The translations under genes were made by a program, and so were the position numbers. Below the pieces are notes generated by a model. That model made no database searches. It had not been told where the DNA came from and was given only the letters and a program-made list of their open reading frames with translations. From positions 3,012-35,011 of the forward strand of contig CAZNZM010000002.1 in NCBI GenBank assembly GCA_964577555.1: a stretch of 32,000 bases of DNA, given 5' to 3'. Positions 16,946 through 26,607 of this stretch are shown one piece after another. Source of the stretch: an uncultured archaeon. Lineage in GTDB: Archaea > Iainarchaeota > Iainarchaeia > Iainarchaeales > Iainarchaeaceae. The first letter of the stretch is position 1. The number at the start of each line of letters is the position of its first letter.

Positions 16946-17854
16946 ATGTTCGACATGTTTCAGGAGGGTGGCGAGACTTCTTCGCCTGATGCGGGTTATT
17001 TGCAGTCTTCAAATGTTTTTGTTGTTTCAATTGGTGGCAGTATTTTGTTTGAAGAGAATGAGCCAAGCCCTGAAAAGTTCAAGGCTATTGTTGATGTTGT
17101 AACCCAATTGCATCGTTCTGGAAAGAAAATTGTTTTGGTTGTTGGAGGTGGAAAGGTTGCAAGGCTTTATTCTGGTGTTGCAGGTTCTTTGAATTTGAAT
17201 AAGTTTGAACAGGACTTGGTTGGCATAAAAGTAACGAGGCTTAATGCTTCTCTTTTGGCTGCTGCAACGCCTGACGCTCATAAAAAAGTCCTTGAAGAAA
17301 TTGTTGATGCCAAGAATGTTTTGGACAATGGGAAAATTCCTGTTTTTGGAGGCTTGGTTCCTTTTTTTACCACTGATTCTGTTGCTGCTCTTCTTGCTGA
17401 ATTTCTTAATGGGGTTTTTGTGAATTTGACTGATGTTGATGGAATTTATGATTCCAATCCAAAGGAAAATCCTGATGCCGTCATGTTTTCTGAAATATCA
17501 TATTCTCGCCTTGTTTCTCTTGCAATTGCTGCAGGTTCTGCGCCGGGGCAGAATGTTGTTGTTGATATTGCGTGTGCAATGATTTTGAAAAGAAGCAAAA
17601 TTCCTGCTGTTTTTTTGAATGGAAACAATTTGGACAATTTTATGGCTTATATTAATGGCCAGTCGTTTGTTGGTACTGTTGTGAGAGATATTCCTGAAGA
17701 TGTTTCAAATTCCAATTTGTCGGATGTCGGTGGTTTTCCAGATTCCGTTGTAGTGGGAAAAAAGAAGCCTAGGAAAAGGCGTTCAAAAAAACCTGTTGTC
17801 GGAAAATCCAAAGACGATTATTCACACCCTGACCCTTATCAAATTGATTTTTGA
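16946..17854 (+). CDS. pyrH: Archaeal-type UMP kinase with N- and C-terminal extensions
   Basis: VVSIGGSILF, GKKIVLVVGGGKVARLY, DLVGIKVTRLNASLL, VNLTDVDGIYDSNPKENPDA. Confidence 0.88.
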   Translation: MFDMFQEGGETSSPDAGYLQSSNVFVVSIGGSILFEENEPSPEKFKAIVDVVTQLHRSGKKIVLVVGGGKVARLYSGVAGSLNLNKFEQDLVGIKVTRLNASLLAAATPDAHKKVLEEIVDAKNVLDNGKIPVFGGLVPFFTTDSVAALLAEFLNGVFVNLTDVDGIYDSNPKENPDAVMFSEISYSRLVSLAIAAGSAPGQNVVVDIACAMILKRSKIPAVFLNGNNLDNFMAYINGQSFVGTVVRDIPEDVSNSNLSDVGGFPDSVVVGKKKPRKRRSKKPVVGKSKDDYSHPDPYQIDF

Positions 17855-17872
17855 TTTTTTGGAAAGTTTTTT

Positions 17873-18883
17873 TTAGTGCATGAATTCGTCTGGTTTCCAG
17901 TCTTCCCATTTTTTTATTCCTATTGCGATCAGGCATTCTGTGGGGTTTATTATTAGCATTTTCCAGTTTTCTGCGTCGTCTAAAACTATTCTGTTGCATG
18001 CCGTGTTTACTAGGCAGTCAAATCCTGTTCCAAGCATGTAATTTTCATTTACTAAATCCATTTCAAGCAGGTATGCTTTTTTTCCTGTTTTTTCAATTTG
18101 TTTTTTCAGTTCCAGTGCTTTTTCTTTTTGTCTTTGTCCTGATTTTATTGAAACGATTATTCCGAATGTTTTGGCTTGGGATGCCATGGCTATTGCGGCA
18201 AATCTTTTTCTCATTAATTTGTCTTTGTTTTTTTCGCTTATTTCTTCAATTGTTTTTGTAATTGGATTCACTACTATTACTGGTTTTTTTGTGTTGAACA
18301 CTAACCCCATTGGGTGGAAGTAGCCGTCTCCAAAGTAGACGTTTGCTTGTATGTTTGGTTGTGCTTCTTCCACAACGGTATAATTGCATCCTAATATTTG
18401 TCCTTCGGATGCTATTCTTTGGCTGCCTTTTCCAATGTATGTTTTTATTCCGTTTCTGAATAGTATTTCTCTTATTTTTGGGATGTGTGTGTTGTATTGT
18501 GCGTTTGCTACCAGTGTAATTGTTTCTATTTTTCTTTTTTTTAGTTCTTTTAGCAGTTTTTCTGTGCTTTCTTTTATTTCTTCTTCGCTCAGCTTGTATT
18601 CCAATGGCAGATAAAGTATTTTTTCGCTTTTATGAATTGGACTGTGTCCTATGTGTATTATTGCATCAGCATTAAGCACTTTCATGTCGTGCAATGGGAG
18701 GTCGCATGCTCCGTAGCATGGATCCATTTTTATGAAAATGTTTTCGCAGACTGTTGATAAGGTGTCTGCTATGAATTTGGTTTTTTGTTTCAAGCCTTCA
18801 GGTATTTGTATTATTGCTGTTTGTGCTTTTTTTTCCTTTAAAAATTTTTTTGCAGGTTCAAGGTCTATTATTAATTCTGCCAT
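17873..18883 (-). CDS. dph2: Diphthamide biosynthesis protein Dph2 (2-(3-amino-3-carboxypropyl)histidine synthase)
   Basis: IPEGLKQK, DPCYGACDLP, ADAIIHIGHSPI, ILGCNY, NTACNRIVLDD. Separated Cys residues typical of the 4Fe-4S radical enzyme. Confidence 0.92.
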   Translation of the reverse strand: MAELIIDLEPAKKFLKEKKAQTAIIQIPEGLKQKTKFIADTLSTVCENIFIKMDPCYGACDLPLHDMKVLNADAIIHIGHSPIHKSEKILYLPLEYKLSEEEIKESTEKLLKELKKRKIETITLVANAQYNTHIPKIREILFRNGIKTYIGKGSQRIASEGQILGCNYTVVEEAQPNIQANVYFGDGYFHPMGLVFNTKKPVIVVNPITKTIEEISEKNKDKLMRKRFAAIAMASQAKTFGIIVSIKSGQRQKEKALELKKQIEKTGKKAYLLEMDLVNENYMLGTGFDCLVNTACNRIVLDDAENWKMLIINPTECLIAIGIKKWEDWKPDEFMH

Positions 18884-19035
18884 AGTATTGTTTGTGTGTT
18901 AGAAAGTTGTTAATACTTTATGTATTTGGCGATTTTTTTTGTTTGATGTGTTTATGTTTTATTAATAAATCAGTTGTTTTTTTGTTGTTTGTTTTTGTCG
19001 AGCCATTTTTTGAGTCAATTTGTTTTTTTTTTGAG

Positions 19036-19764
19036 TCATTTTTTTGTTGTTTTTGTTTCAGTTTTCTTTTCTGTTGTTTTTGTTTCTTCTTTCTTTGTTT
19101 CGGTTTTGCTTGCTTCTGTGGTTGTGCTTGTTATTGTGCTTGCTGCTGCGGCTTTTGCTGTTTCTTCTTCTGCAATTATGTCTCTTGTTTTCTTTGGTTT
19201 TGTGCCTATGCTTTGAACGTCTTTGTGTATTATTACTTCTATTTTGCATGGAAATCTTGCTTTTGCATACATTAATGCTTTTTTTGCTTTTTCTTTGAAT
19301 TCGTCATTTACAAGTACTGAGAATATTTTTTGTTTGTCTCTTACTCTTACTGCCCTGCCTATTGTTTTGCCAAATGCGTGGCTCATTCCTTTTTGTATAC
19401 GGTCCGCGTGTGCTCCTTGTGCTTGCTTGTTTTCTCTTAATATGTGGTATGAGTATACTCTTAGTTTTAAGAAAAATTCTTCTTTTCCAACTAGTTTTAT
19501 TAGTTGTCTGTTTATCATTAGTCTTGCGCTTTCAATTGCGTTGTCTCTTATTTGGATTCCCATTGGCGGGACTCTTACTATGAGATCAAGTATTGTGTCG
19601 AATTCTTTTTGGCCGTTTCCCATGTTCCATTGTCTTGTTTTTAATCCTGGCACTGCTCCGATATAGTCTTTTTCTTGCACTTTTTCTGCGTGCCTTGTAT
19701 ATGCCCTGTCTCTTGTGTGTCTATAGCAGTATCCTGGCCTTAAACCCATATTATAATCACTCAA
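19036..19764 (-). CDS. rpl10e: 50S ribosomal protein L10e (uL16)
   Basis: MGLRPGYCYRHTRDRAYTRHAEKVQEKDYIGAVPG, FDTILDLIVRVPPMGIQIRDNAIESARLMINRQL, ENKQAQGAHADRIQKGMSHAFGKTIGRAVRV, followed by an Ala/Thr/Lys/Glu low-complexity tail. Confidence 0.9.
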   Translation of the reverse strand: MSDYNMGLRPGYCYRHTRDRAYTRHAEKVQEKDYIGAVPGLKTRQWNMGNGQKEFDTILDLIVRVPPMGIQIRDNAIESARLMINRQLIKLVGKEEFFLKLRVYSYHILRENKQAQGAHADRIQKGMSHAFGKTIGRAVRVRDKQKIFSVLVNDEFKEKAKKALMYAKARFPCKIEVIIHKDVQSIGTKPKKTRDIIAEEETAKAAAASTITSTTTEASKTETKKEETKTTEKKTETKTTKK

Positions 19765-20093
19765 AATAAGTTTTTTTTATGCCTAAAAGTTACTTATTTT
19801 TCCTTAGAATGCTTTAAAAAGCTTCTCTCGGCGCTTTTGCTTGTTCTTTTTGCTTTCGCTTTTGCATCTTGTTCTTTGTCATTTTTTTTGTTTTGGCGAG
19901 CCGTCTTTGGCAATCATATTTTTAATTTAAATTTTTTTGTCTTTGTTGGTTTGGTTTTTGTGTGTTTTTTTTGTTGTTTTGTGAGATGTTTTTTGGTATT
20001 TTTTTTATTTTTCGTGTGTTTTTTTGTTTTTGTGTGGCAATTTTTTTTAGTTAATTTTGTTTGTATTTTGGCTTGGTTTTGCAAGTTGTTTTT

Positions 20094-20591
20094 TTATAAA
20101 TATTTTCTTCTTATCATTTCGAGGCTTTCCATTCTTGTTTCTAATTTTTTTCTTTGGTAGTAATCAAGTTTTTTTATATTTTTGAGGAATTGTTTTAATG
20201 CAATGGCTTGTTTGTATGCTTCTTCGTTTCCGTTAAGTGCTTTGTTTTCGGCTTCTTTTATCATTTCTGTTATTGTTTTTTCTAATTGGTCAAATTTCGT
20301 TATTTTATTTTCTAATATTATTTGAATCAGGCTTTCAACCAATTGTTTTTTTTCTTCCTCTTTCATTCCTGTTTTTGGCCAAAATATTTCCCCTATTAAT
20401 TTCATTTCATTTTCCAAACTTACTTCTAATTTTTTTTCTCTGGTGAATTTTATTCCGTAGTTATGGGTTCCGCTTGTGTTTATTGGCGGTCTTTTTTTGG
20501 GTTCTCTCTGTGCAACTATTATATTTAATAAGTTTTTTAATCCTGTGGCCAAGACTGTTTTATTGGTTCGTGATTGCATTCTTTTTTTCAT
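20094..20591 (-). CDS. Hypothetical protein, 165 aa, charged and helical
   Basis: Intact ORF with the A-rich codon composition seen in other minus-strand genes. No family recognised. Confidence 0.55.
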   Translation of the reverse strand: MKKRMQSRTNKTVLATGLKNLLNIIVAQREPKKRPPINTSGTHNYGIKFTREKKLEVSLENEMKLIGEIFWPKTGMKEEEKKQLVESLIQIILENKITKFDQLEKTITEMIKEAENKALNGNEEAYKQAIALKQFLKNIKKLDYYQRKKLETRMESLEMIRRKYL

Positions 20592-20685
20592 AGTATAAAA
20601 TGGTGTTCTTTTATTTTATAATTTTGGTGTCGTTTTTTTGTGTCGATAGTTTTATTTAGTTTAAAAACAGATATATTGTTTATTT

Positions 20686-21465
20686 ATGCCGAACAATGCT
20701 GAAGAAATTTCTTTTGAAGATAATGAATTAGTTAAAAGAGTTTTTGAAGATAGGCAAAGGGATATAATTTTAAAAGTCAAGGTTTATCTTTCCGCGAAAA
20801 TGGGAAAACAGGAGATTTTGAAGCGTCTTGAGGAAAATAATTTGTCTCCGCAGGAAAAAAAAATGGTTTGTGATATGATTGAAGAGTATTATTTTGTCGA
20901 GCAGGAAAAGTTAAACAAGTTTTTGATTAAGGGTTTTTTGGCTTTGTTGTTTGTTTTTTTTGTTTTAGGTGTTTTTTATTACGTATTTTTTTTGTATAAT
21001 TCCACTTATTTTTCTTCCAAGTGTTCTAATGTTGGTGAATTTTCAATTGATGGGGATATTATGCAAAGATCTTATGTGGTTAATGCTCTTAAAATAATTG
21101 AGTATGATTGTGATTATTTGAAATTTGTTAATTCTTTTGTTCCTAATCTTATCGTGAGGAATATTTCTTTGTTTGAAGGTGGTTTTTATGAAAAGGATTC
21201 TCGCACTGCTGTTTTGGATATTAAAAAATTTTCTTATTATGGTTTGGCCGGAGTAATTGTTCATGAAGCATGTCATGGTTATCAAGATGCTTTTGGTTTG
21301 GATTTTTCAGAGTCTGAATGCGTTTCTACACAATACAATTTTTTGGAGAGTATCAATGCTTCTGATTCAGAGTTGATTTATGTAAGAAATATTGCTTCTT
21401 TTAATCCAAAGTATTCTTTTGGGAAGAAAGATGTTTTTGCTGAATGGAAATCCAAGCAAAAATAG
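20686..21465 (+). CDS. Membrane protein with HExxH metallopeptidase-like motif
   Basis: Charged N-terminal domain, one TM (LALLFVFFVLGVFYYVFFL), then LAGVIVHEACHGYQDAFGLDFSESEC. Confidence 0.65.
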   Translation: MPNNAEEISFEDNELVKRVFEDRQRDIILKVKVYLSAKMGKQEILKRLEENNLSPQEKKMVCDMIEEYYFVEQEKLNKFLIKGFLALLFVFFVLGVFYYVFFLYNSTYFSSKCSNVGEFSIDGDIMQRSYVVNALKIIEYDCDYLKFVNSFVPNLIVRNISLFEGGFYEKDSRTAVLDIKKFSYYGLAGVIVHEACHGYQDAFGLDFSESECVSTQYNFLESINASDSELIYVRNIASFNPKYSFGKKDVFAEWKSKQK

Positions 21466-21474
21466 TTTTTGACT

Positions 21475-22107
21475 TTATTTGATTATTTTTTGGAGTTCTG
21501 CTGCGCTTTTTATTGAATTTTTTCCTAGTTGTTTTTTTGTTCCGAGTCCTGTCAATACTCCTATGAATTTCATTCCTGCTGCTTTTGCTCCTTGTTTGTC
21601 GTATACGGAGTCTCCTACTACTATGCATTCTTCTGGCCTGAGCCCGAGTTTTGCTGCTGCAATTAGGAAGCAGTCTGGTGCAGGTTTTCCTTTTGTGACG
21701 TCGTCTATTGTTATTACTGCGTCAAAGAGTTTTCTGAATTTTTTTTGGGTTGAATGGAAATATATTATGTTGCTTGATCCTGTTGCTATCGCCATTTTTA
21801 TTCCTTGTTTTTTGAGTTTTTTTATTGCATTTATTGTTCCTTTGAATTCCAATTTTTTTTCTCCTATTAATTTGAAGTAATAGTAGTGCCTTTCTTCTCT
21901 GAGATCAGCCAGTCTTAGCCCGGATTTTTTGACGCTGTCAAGTCGTTTTAGTATGTCAAGTGTGCTCATTCCCATTAGTTTTTCTATTTCTTTTGGCTTG
22001 ATTTTTATGTTGTAGTCTTTTAAGAGTAATTTGAAGGCTTTGTAGTGGTATGGTATGCTGTTTATTAGTGTTCCGTCCAAGTCAAAGATTATTCCTTTTG
22101 TTTGCAT
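21475..22107 (-). CDS. HAD-superfamily phosphatase (PGM-beta/Gph-like)
   Basis: GIIFDLDGTLINS, GSSNIIYFHS, KPAPDCFLIAAAKLGLRPEECIVVGDSVYD. Confidence 0.88.
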   Translation of the reverse strand: MQTKGIIFDLDGTLINSIPYHYKAFKLLLKDYNIKIKPKEIEKLMGMSTLDILKRLDSVKKSGLRLADLREERHYYYFKLIGEKKLEFKGTINAIKKLKKQGIKMAIATGSSNIIYFHSTQKKFRKLFDAVITIDDVTKGKPAPDCFLIAAAKLGLRPEECIVVGDSVYDKQGAKAAGMKFIGVLTGLGTKKQLGKNSIKSAAELQKIIK

Positions 22108-22185
22108 TTAATCAAAATTATTGTAAATGTTTTATTTTAATGTGTTGTTTTTTTTGTGAGATATTTTTTTGGTATTTGATTTTTT

Positions 22186-23100
22186 TTAGCAAGCCAATTT
22201 TTTTGTCAGGTTTTTGTTTCGTTTTTTTTTTAGGTTTTGCAAGTAGTGTTTGTAGATTAAAATTATGCCGATTATTAGGACAATTGTTTGTGTTATTGTT
22301 GTTTCTGCTGTTTGGTATATTCCGAGTTCTTTTATTTTTGGAATTTGAATTATTGTTTCGTTTATTATTTTTGCTTCTTGTAGTTCGTGTATTCCTTTTC
22401 CAGCAAATTTGAATGATAGTATAAAGAGAATTATGCTTGTAATTGAGAAAATTGTTTTGGTTGGGAGTTTGTTTTCTATTTTGTTAATTAAAAAATACGC
22501 AATTGAAAGGAAAATTATTCCTAATATGAAACCTGCTATTATGTTTGGTTGGTTTGTGGTTATTGCAAGTGCTTTGTAGAATAATACTGTTTCAAATCCT
22601 TCTCGGTAAACTGCTAAAAAAGCTATTATGGTGAGTGTTTTTTCGCTGTTTTTGTTAATAGCGTTTTTTGTTTGTTTTTCTATGTGATTAACCCAAATTT
22701 TTTTGTCTATTTTTCCTAAAAACCAGTTTGTGGTGTATAACATTATTATTGCTGCAAGGATTGTTGTTATTCCTTCTATTATTTCTTTTTGGCTTTTGTT
22801 GCTTTCTAGTGTTTCATTAAGGGCTATTCCTGTGATAATGCTTGTGATTATTCCTAGTGCGACTCCGTAGTATATGTATTTTTTCTTTTTTTCATTTCCC
22901 GTTTTTGAAAGGTAAGCTATGATAGTTGATATTATGATAATTGTTTCAAGTCCTTCTCTTGCAATTATTGAAAATGATTCGGCTAAAATCATTGTGCTGT
23001 TTTCTTGGTTGTTATTTTTTTGTGCGTAATTGCTTATTGTTATTTGCGAAATTAATATTATTGATATTGCAAGTGTTGCGAAAATTGTTGTTTTTTTCAT
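22186..23100 (-). CDS. FTR1-family iron permease
   Basis: Two REGxE motifs in TM segments (IIAREGLETIIII and AVYREGFETVLFYKA), multi-TM protein. Confidence 0.85.
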   Translation of the reverse strand: MKKTTIFATLAISIILISQITISNYAQKNNNQENSTMILAESFSIIAREGLETIIIISTIIAYLSKTGNEKKKKYIYYGVALGIITSIITGIALNETLESNKSQKEIIEGITTILAAIIMLYTTNWFLGKIDKKIWVNHIEKQTKNAINKNSEKTLTIIAFLAVYREGFETVLFYKALAITTNQPNIIAGFILGIIFLSIAYFLINKIENKLPTKTIFSITSIILFILSFKFAGKGIHELQEAKIINETIIQIPKIKELGIYQTAETTITQTIVLIIGIILIYKHYLQNLKKKRNKNLTKKLAC

Positions 23101-23135
23101 GGATTTATTCTTTGGCGGGTGTTTTTAATTTAAAT

Positions 23136-25805
23136 CTATTTTTGTGTTAATATTTGTTGATTGTTTTCTGTGAGAAATATTTTGGTTGTTTCCATTAGTA
23201 TGAATCCGATAATTGAGATTGTTATTATTTCCATCCAATTATTTAATGTGATTGGCGTTGTTTCAAAAATTTGTTGTAGTGGTGTTAGATAGATTATTGC
23301 TATTTGTAATATTATTGATGAAGTGATGCCAATTACAAGCCATTTGTTTTCCGTTATTTTTGAAAATCCTTTGAATGGTTGGATTGATCTGCTTCCTATT
23401 GCCGCAAACATTTGGAATATTACAAGGGTTGTGAATGCTATTGTTTTGGCTTTTTGTTCCCCTTCCCAAGCATGTTTTAGAAAAAGTAGAAAACTTCCTA
23501 TCCCCATTGTAATGCCGAATATTATTATTGCGAGTAGCATTTTTCCTTGCAGTGGTTGTTCTTCTTTTTTTATTGGTGGGTTTTTCATTACTTCTTGGCC
23601 TGATTTTTCAAATCCTAATCCTATTGCTGGCAGTCCGTCTGTGAGAAGGTTCATTACAAGTATTTGCAATGGGTTTAATGGTAATGCCGTATTTTTTATC
23701 AAGGCTGCTATTACTATTGTTATTTCTCCAAGGTTGCATGATAAAAGGTATTTTGTGGAGTTCATTATTTTGTAGTATGTGTTTCTGCCTTCTTTTATTC
23801 CGGTTATTATTGTTGTGAAATTGTCGTCTGTTATGGTTGTGGCTGAGACTTCTTTTGCTATGTCTGTTCCTGTTATGCCCATTGATATTCCGACGTCTGC
23901 TTTTTTGAGGGCTGGTGCATCGTTTACGCCGTCTCCGGTCATTATGACTACTTCGCCTTTTTTTTTGAGTGCTTTTATTATTTTGAGTTTTTGTATTGGC
24001 AATGCGCGTGAAATTATTGTTACTTTGTCTATTATTTTTTGCAGGTTGTTTTCGTCAATTTTTTCAAGTTCTTCTCCTGTTAGTACTATGTCTTCTTTTT
24101 TGTAAATTCCTATTTTTTCAGCTATTGCTTTTGCTGTTTCTGAGTGGTCTCCGGTTATCATCATTATTTTTATTCCTGCGTTTTTTGCATTTTCAATTGA
24201 TTCTTTTACTTCTTCTCTTGGAGGGTCAATCATTCCTATTAAACCAACAAAAATCAGGTCTTTTTCTATTTCTTCTATTGTGTATTTTTCTTTCATATTT
24301 TCTTTGTATGCAAAGCCAAGGACTCTTAGGGCGTTTTGCGCGAATTTTGAGTTGGTTTGCAGTATTTTTTTTCTGTCTTCTTCGGTGATTTTTCTTTTTT
24401 TTCCGTTTTTTTCCAAAATTGTTGTGCATTTTTTTAATAGAATGTCTGGGGCTCCTTTTGTGAGGGCTTGTTTTTTTCCTTTGTCGCTTATTATTGTTGT
24501 CATTAGTTTTCTTTCTGGATCAAATGGCAATTCTTTGATTATTTTGATGTTTTTGTCTTCGGTTTTGTATCCTGTTTTTTTTGCAAATACTAGGAGAGCG
24601 GCTTCTGTAGGGTCTCCAATTACTTTCCATTTGTCGTTTTCTTTGAATATTCTTGAATTGTTGCAGAAGGTTGATATTTGAGCCAGCATTTGTATTGCAG
24701 GATTTTTTTTGTCTTTTGTGATTAGTTCTCCTTTTGGTTCGTATCCTGAGCCAGTTATTTCGATTTCTTGGTTTTCAATAAAGATTTTTGTGACTGTCAT
24801 TTCGTTTTTTGTTATTGTGCCTGTTTTGTCAGAGCAGATTATTGTTGCTTGTCCTAAGTTTTGTATTGCGTCAAGTTTTCTGACAATCATTTTGTTTTTT
24901 GCTAGTTCGTTTGCTCCAAGGGAAAGGCTTATTGTTACTACTGCTGGAAGGGAATTTGGTACTGCCGCTACTGCAAGGCTTATTGCAAAGACGAGCATTT
25001 CGTCCGGTTTTAATTTGCTTTGTATTATGCCTAATAAAAAAACTATTCCTATTATTGCTATTACTAATAAGCCTATTTGTTTTGACATTTTTTCAAATTT
25101 TTCTTCTAACGCGGTTTTTTTGATTTCTTGATGCATTATTGTTTCTGCTATTTTTCCAAATTCCGTGTTTTTGCCTGTTGCTGTTGTTATTGCGTTTCCT
25201 TTGCCATAAGTTACTATTGTTCCTGAAAAAGCCATGTTTTCTTGGTCTGCAATAGGGCAGTTTTCTGGCAGTATTTCAGTTATTTTTTTTGAGGGCACTG
25301 ATTCTCCGGTCAGACTTGATTCTTCAATTTGGAGGCTTGTTTCTTCAAAAATTCTGCAATCTGCTGGCACTATGTCTCCTGCTTCAAGAAGTATTATGTC
25401 GCCTGGCACTATTTCTTTTGCGGGTATTTTTTTTTGTTTTCCTTCTCTGATGACTTTTGCTATTGGTGCAAAAAGCCTTTCCAGTTTTTCCATGGATTTT
25501 TCAGCTTTGTATTCTTGGAAAAACCCCAACAAGCCTGAAAGTATTATTATTGTGATTATTGCAGTTGCTTCAAGATAGTCTCCTAATATTATTGAAAAGC
25601 ATGTCGCCAAAAAAAGTAGTAATTGCAGAAAGCCGGTGAATTGCGATGTAAGTATTGTCAGCCATTCTCGTTTTTTTGTTTTTGGGATTTCGTTCAAGCC
25701 GTATTTGTTTATTCTTTTTTTTGCTTCTTCTTCGGAAAGCCCGTTTTTTGAAGATTGGAAGTATTCAAATATTTTGTCAATGCTTGTTGAATGCGGATTT
25801 TTCAT
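23136..25805 (-). CDS. P2-type cation-transporting P-type ATPase (Ca2+-ATPase-like)
   Basis: LTGES, ICSDKTGTIT, KGAPD, MITGDH, MTGDGVNDAPALKKADVGI, NLLTDGLPAIGLGF; 889 aa. Confidence 0.93.
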   Translation of the reverse strand: MKNPHSTSIDKIFEYFQSSKNGLSEEEAKKRINKYGLNEIPKTKKREWLTILTSQFTGFLQLLLFLATCFSIILGDYLEATAIITIIILSGLLGFFQEYKAEKSMEKLERLFAPIAKVIREGKQKKIPAKEIVPGDIILLEAGDIVPADCRIFEETSLQIEESSLTGESVPSKKITEILPENCPIADQENMAFSGTIVTYGKGNAITTATGKNTEFGKIAETIMHQEIKKTALEEKFEKMSKQIGLLVIAIIGIVFLLGIIQSKLKPDEMLVFAISLAVAAVPNSLPAVVTISLSLGANELAKNKMIVRKLDAIQNLGQATIICSDKTGTITKNEMTVTKIFIENQEIEITGSGYEPKGELITKDKKNPAIQMLAQISTFCNNSRIFKENDKWKVIGDPTEAALLVFAKKTGYKTEDKNIKIIKELPFDPERKLMTTIISDKGKKQALTKGAPDILLKKCTTILEKNGKKRKITEEDRKKILQTNSKFAQNALRVLGFAYKENMKEKYTIEEIEKDLIFVGLIGMIDPPREEVKESIENAKNAGIKIMMITGDHSETAKAIAEKIGIYKKEDIVLTGEELEKIDENNLQKIIDKVTIISRALPIQKLKIIKALKKKGEVVIMTGDGVNDAPALKKADVGISMGITGTDIAKEVSATTITDDNFTTIITGIKEGRNTYYKIMNSTKYLLSCNLGEITIVIAALIKNTALPLNPLQILVMNLLTDGLPAIGLGFEKSGQEVMKNPPIKKEEQPLQGKMLLAIIIFGITMGIGSFLLFLKHAWEGEQKAKTIAFTTLVIFQMFAAIGSRSIQPFKGFSKITENKWLVIGITSSIILQIAIIYLTPLQQIFETTPITLNNWMEIITISIIGFILMETTKIFLTENNQQILTQK

Positions 25806-25848
25806 TTAACCTAAATAAAAGAAGTTTTGTTAATTAAATATTTCTATT

Positions 25849-26583
25849 TCAAAACGAAAAAATGAATATTAATAGATTGTCTGTGATGTGTGCTATGATT
25901 GACGGTGCAAGGCTTTTTTGTTTGTAACAAATCCAATTAATGAAATATAATGAGCCATACATAATACCTCCTCTAAATGCAGATAATTGATTTATTGGCG
26001 GGTGAATTATTGCAAATAAGAATGCTTGGTCAATTATAATAAGAATGATTAGTAATAAGTGTAATAAGTTTTTTTTGCCGATTTTGATAAAAATGTCTGT
26101 TATTTTTGCGTTGGTCGGTATTTGTTGAATTGTTTCTTCAATTCTTGTTGTTTTATTAATTATTGCAAAACCAATGACTCCGAATATGATCCCTCTGAAT
26201 ATTATTTCTTCGAATATTGGCATCAAGAAAACAACAGTTATTATAATTCCCTGCAAGTTATTTGTTGGCAATTTTATTATTGGATGCTGGAGAATACAGT
26301 ATATTGATATGATGCAATTTATCAATAAATAAATTATCATTCCGGGGTGAAATTTAAATTCTAAAGGTTCGATTATTGTTTTTATTGTTTTTTTGTTTTT
26401 CTGTAAAAATTCTTTTATAGGGTATTTTCCTTTATCTTTATAAAATTCTGTCGCATCAATAATTTTTTTATGAATGATTTTCTTGGTTGTTGGAAAATTG
26501 GCAATTATGTAAATAATTACTATTATAAGCAAAGATATTAAGTCTGGTTTTGGAATGTCTATGTAAATGTAATTTTCAAACAT
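25849..26583 (-). CDS. CPBP-family intramembrane metalloprotease
   Basis: EEIIFRG, FAIIH (FxxxH) and HITDN (HxxxN) motifs. Start set to ATG at 26583; the longer ORF would run into the tRNA. Confidence 0.85.
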   Translation of the reverse strand: MFENYIYIDIPKPDLISLLIIVIIYIIANFPTTKKIIHKKIIDATEFYKDKGKYPIKEFLQKNKKTIKTIIEPLEFKFHPGMIIYLLINCIISIYCILQHPIIKLPTNNLQGIIITVVFLMPIFEEIIFRGIIFGVIGFAIINKTTRIEETIQQIPTNAKITDIFIKIGKKNLLHLLLIILIIIDQAFLFAIIHPPINQLSAFRGGIMYGSLYFINWICYKQKSLAPSIIAHITDNLLIFIFSF

Positions 26584-26607
26584 TTTTTTATCACTATTTT
26601 TGGCCGA

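Noticed and set aside
18892-19298. ORFs 18892..19275, 18974..19216 and 19044..19298 rich in Phe/Leu/Cys
   Set aside because: T-rich intergenic DNA plus antisense of the L10e tail; no plausible protein features.
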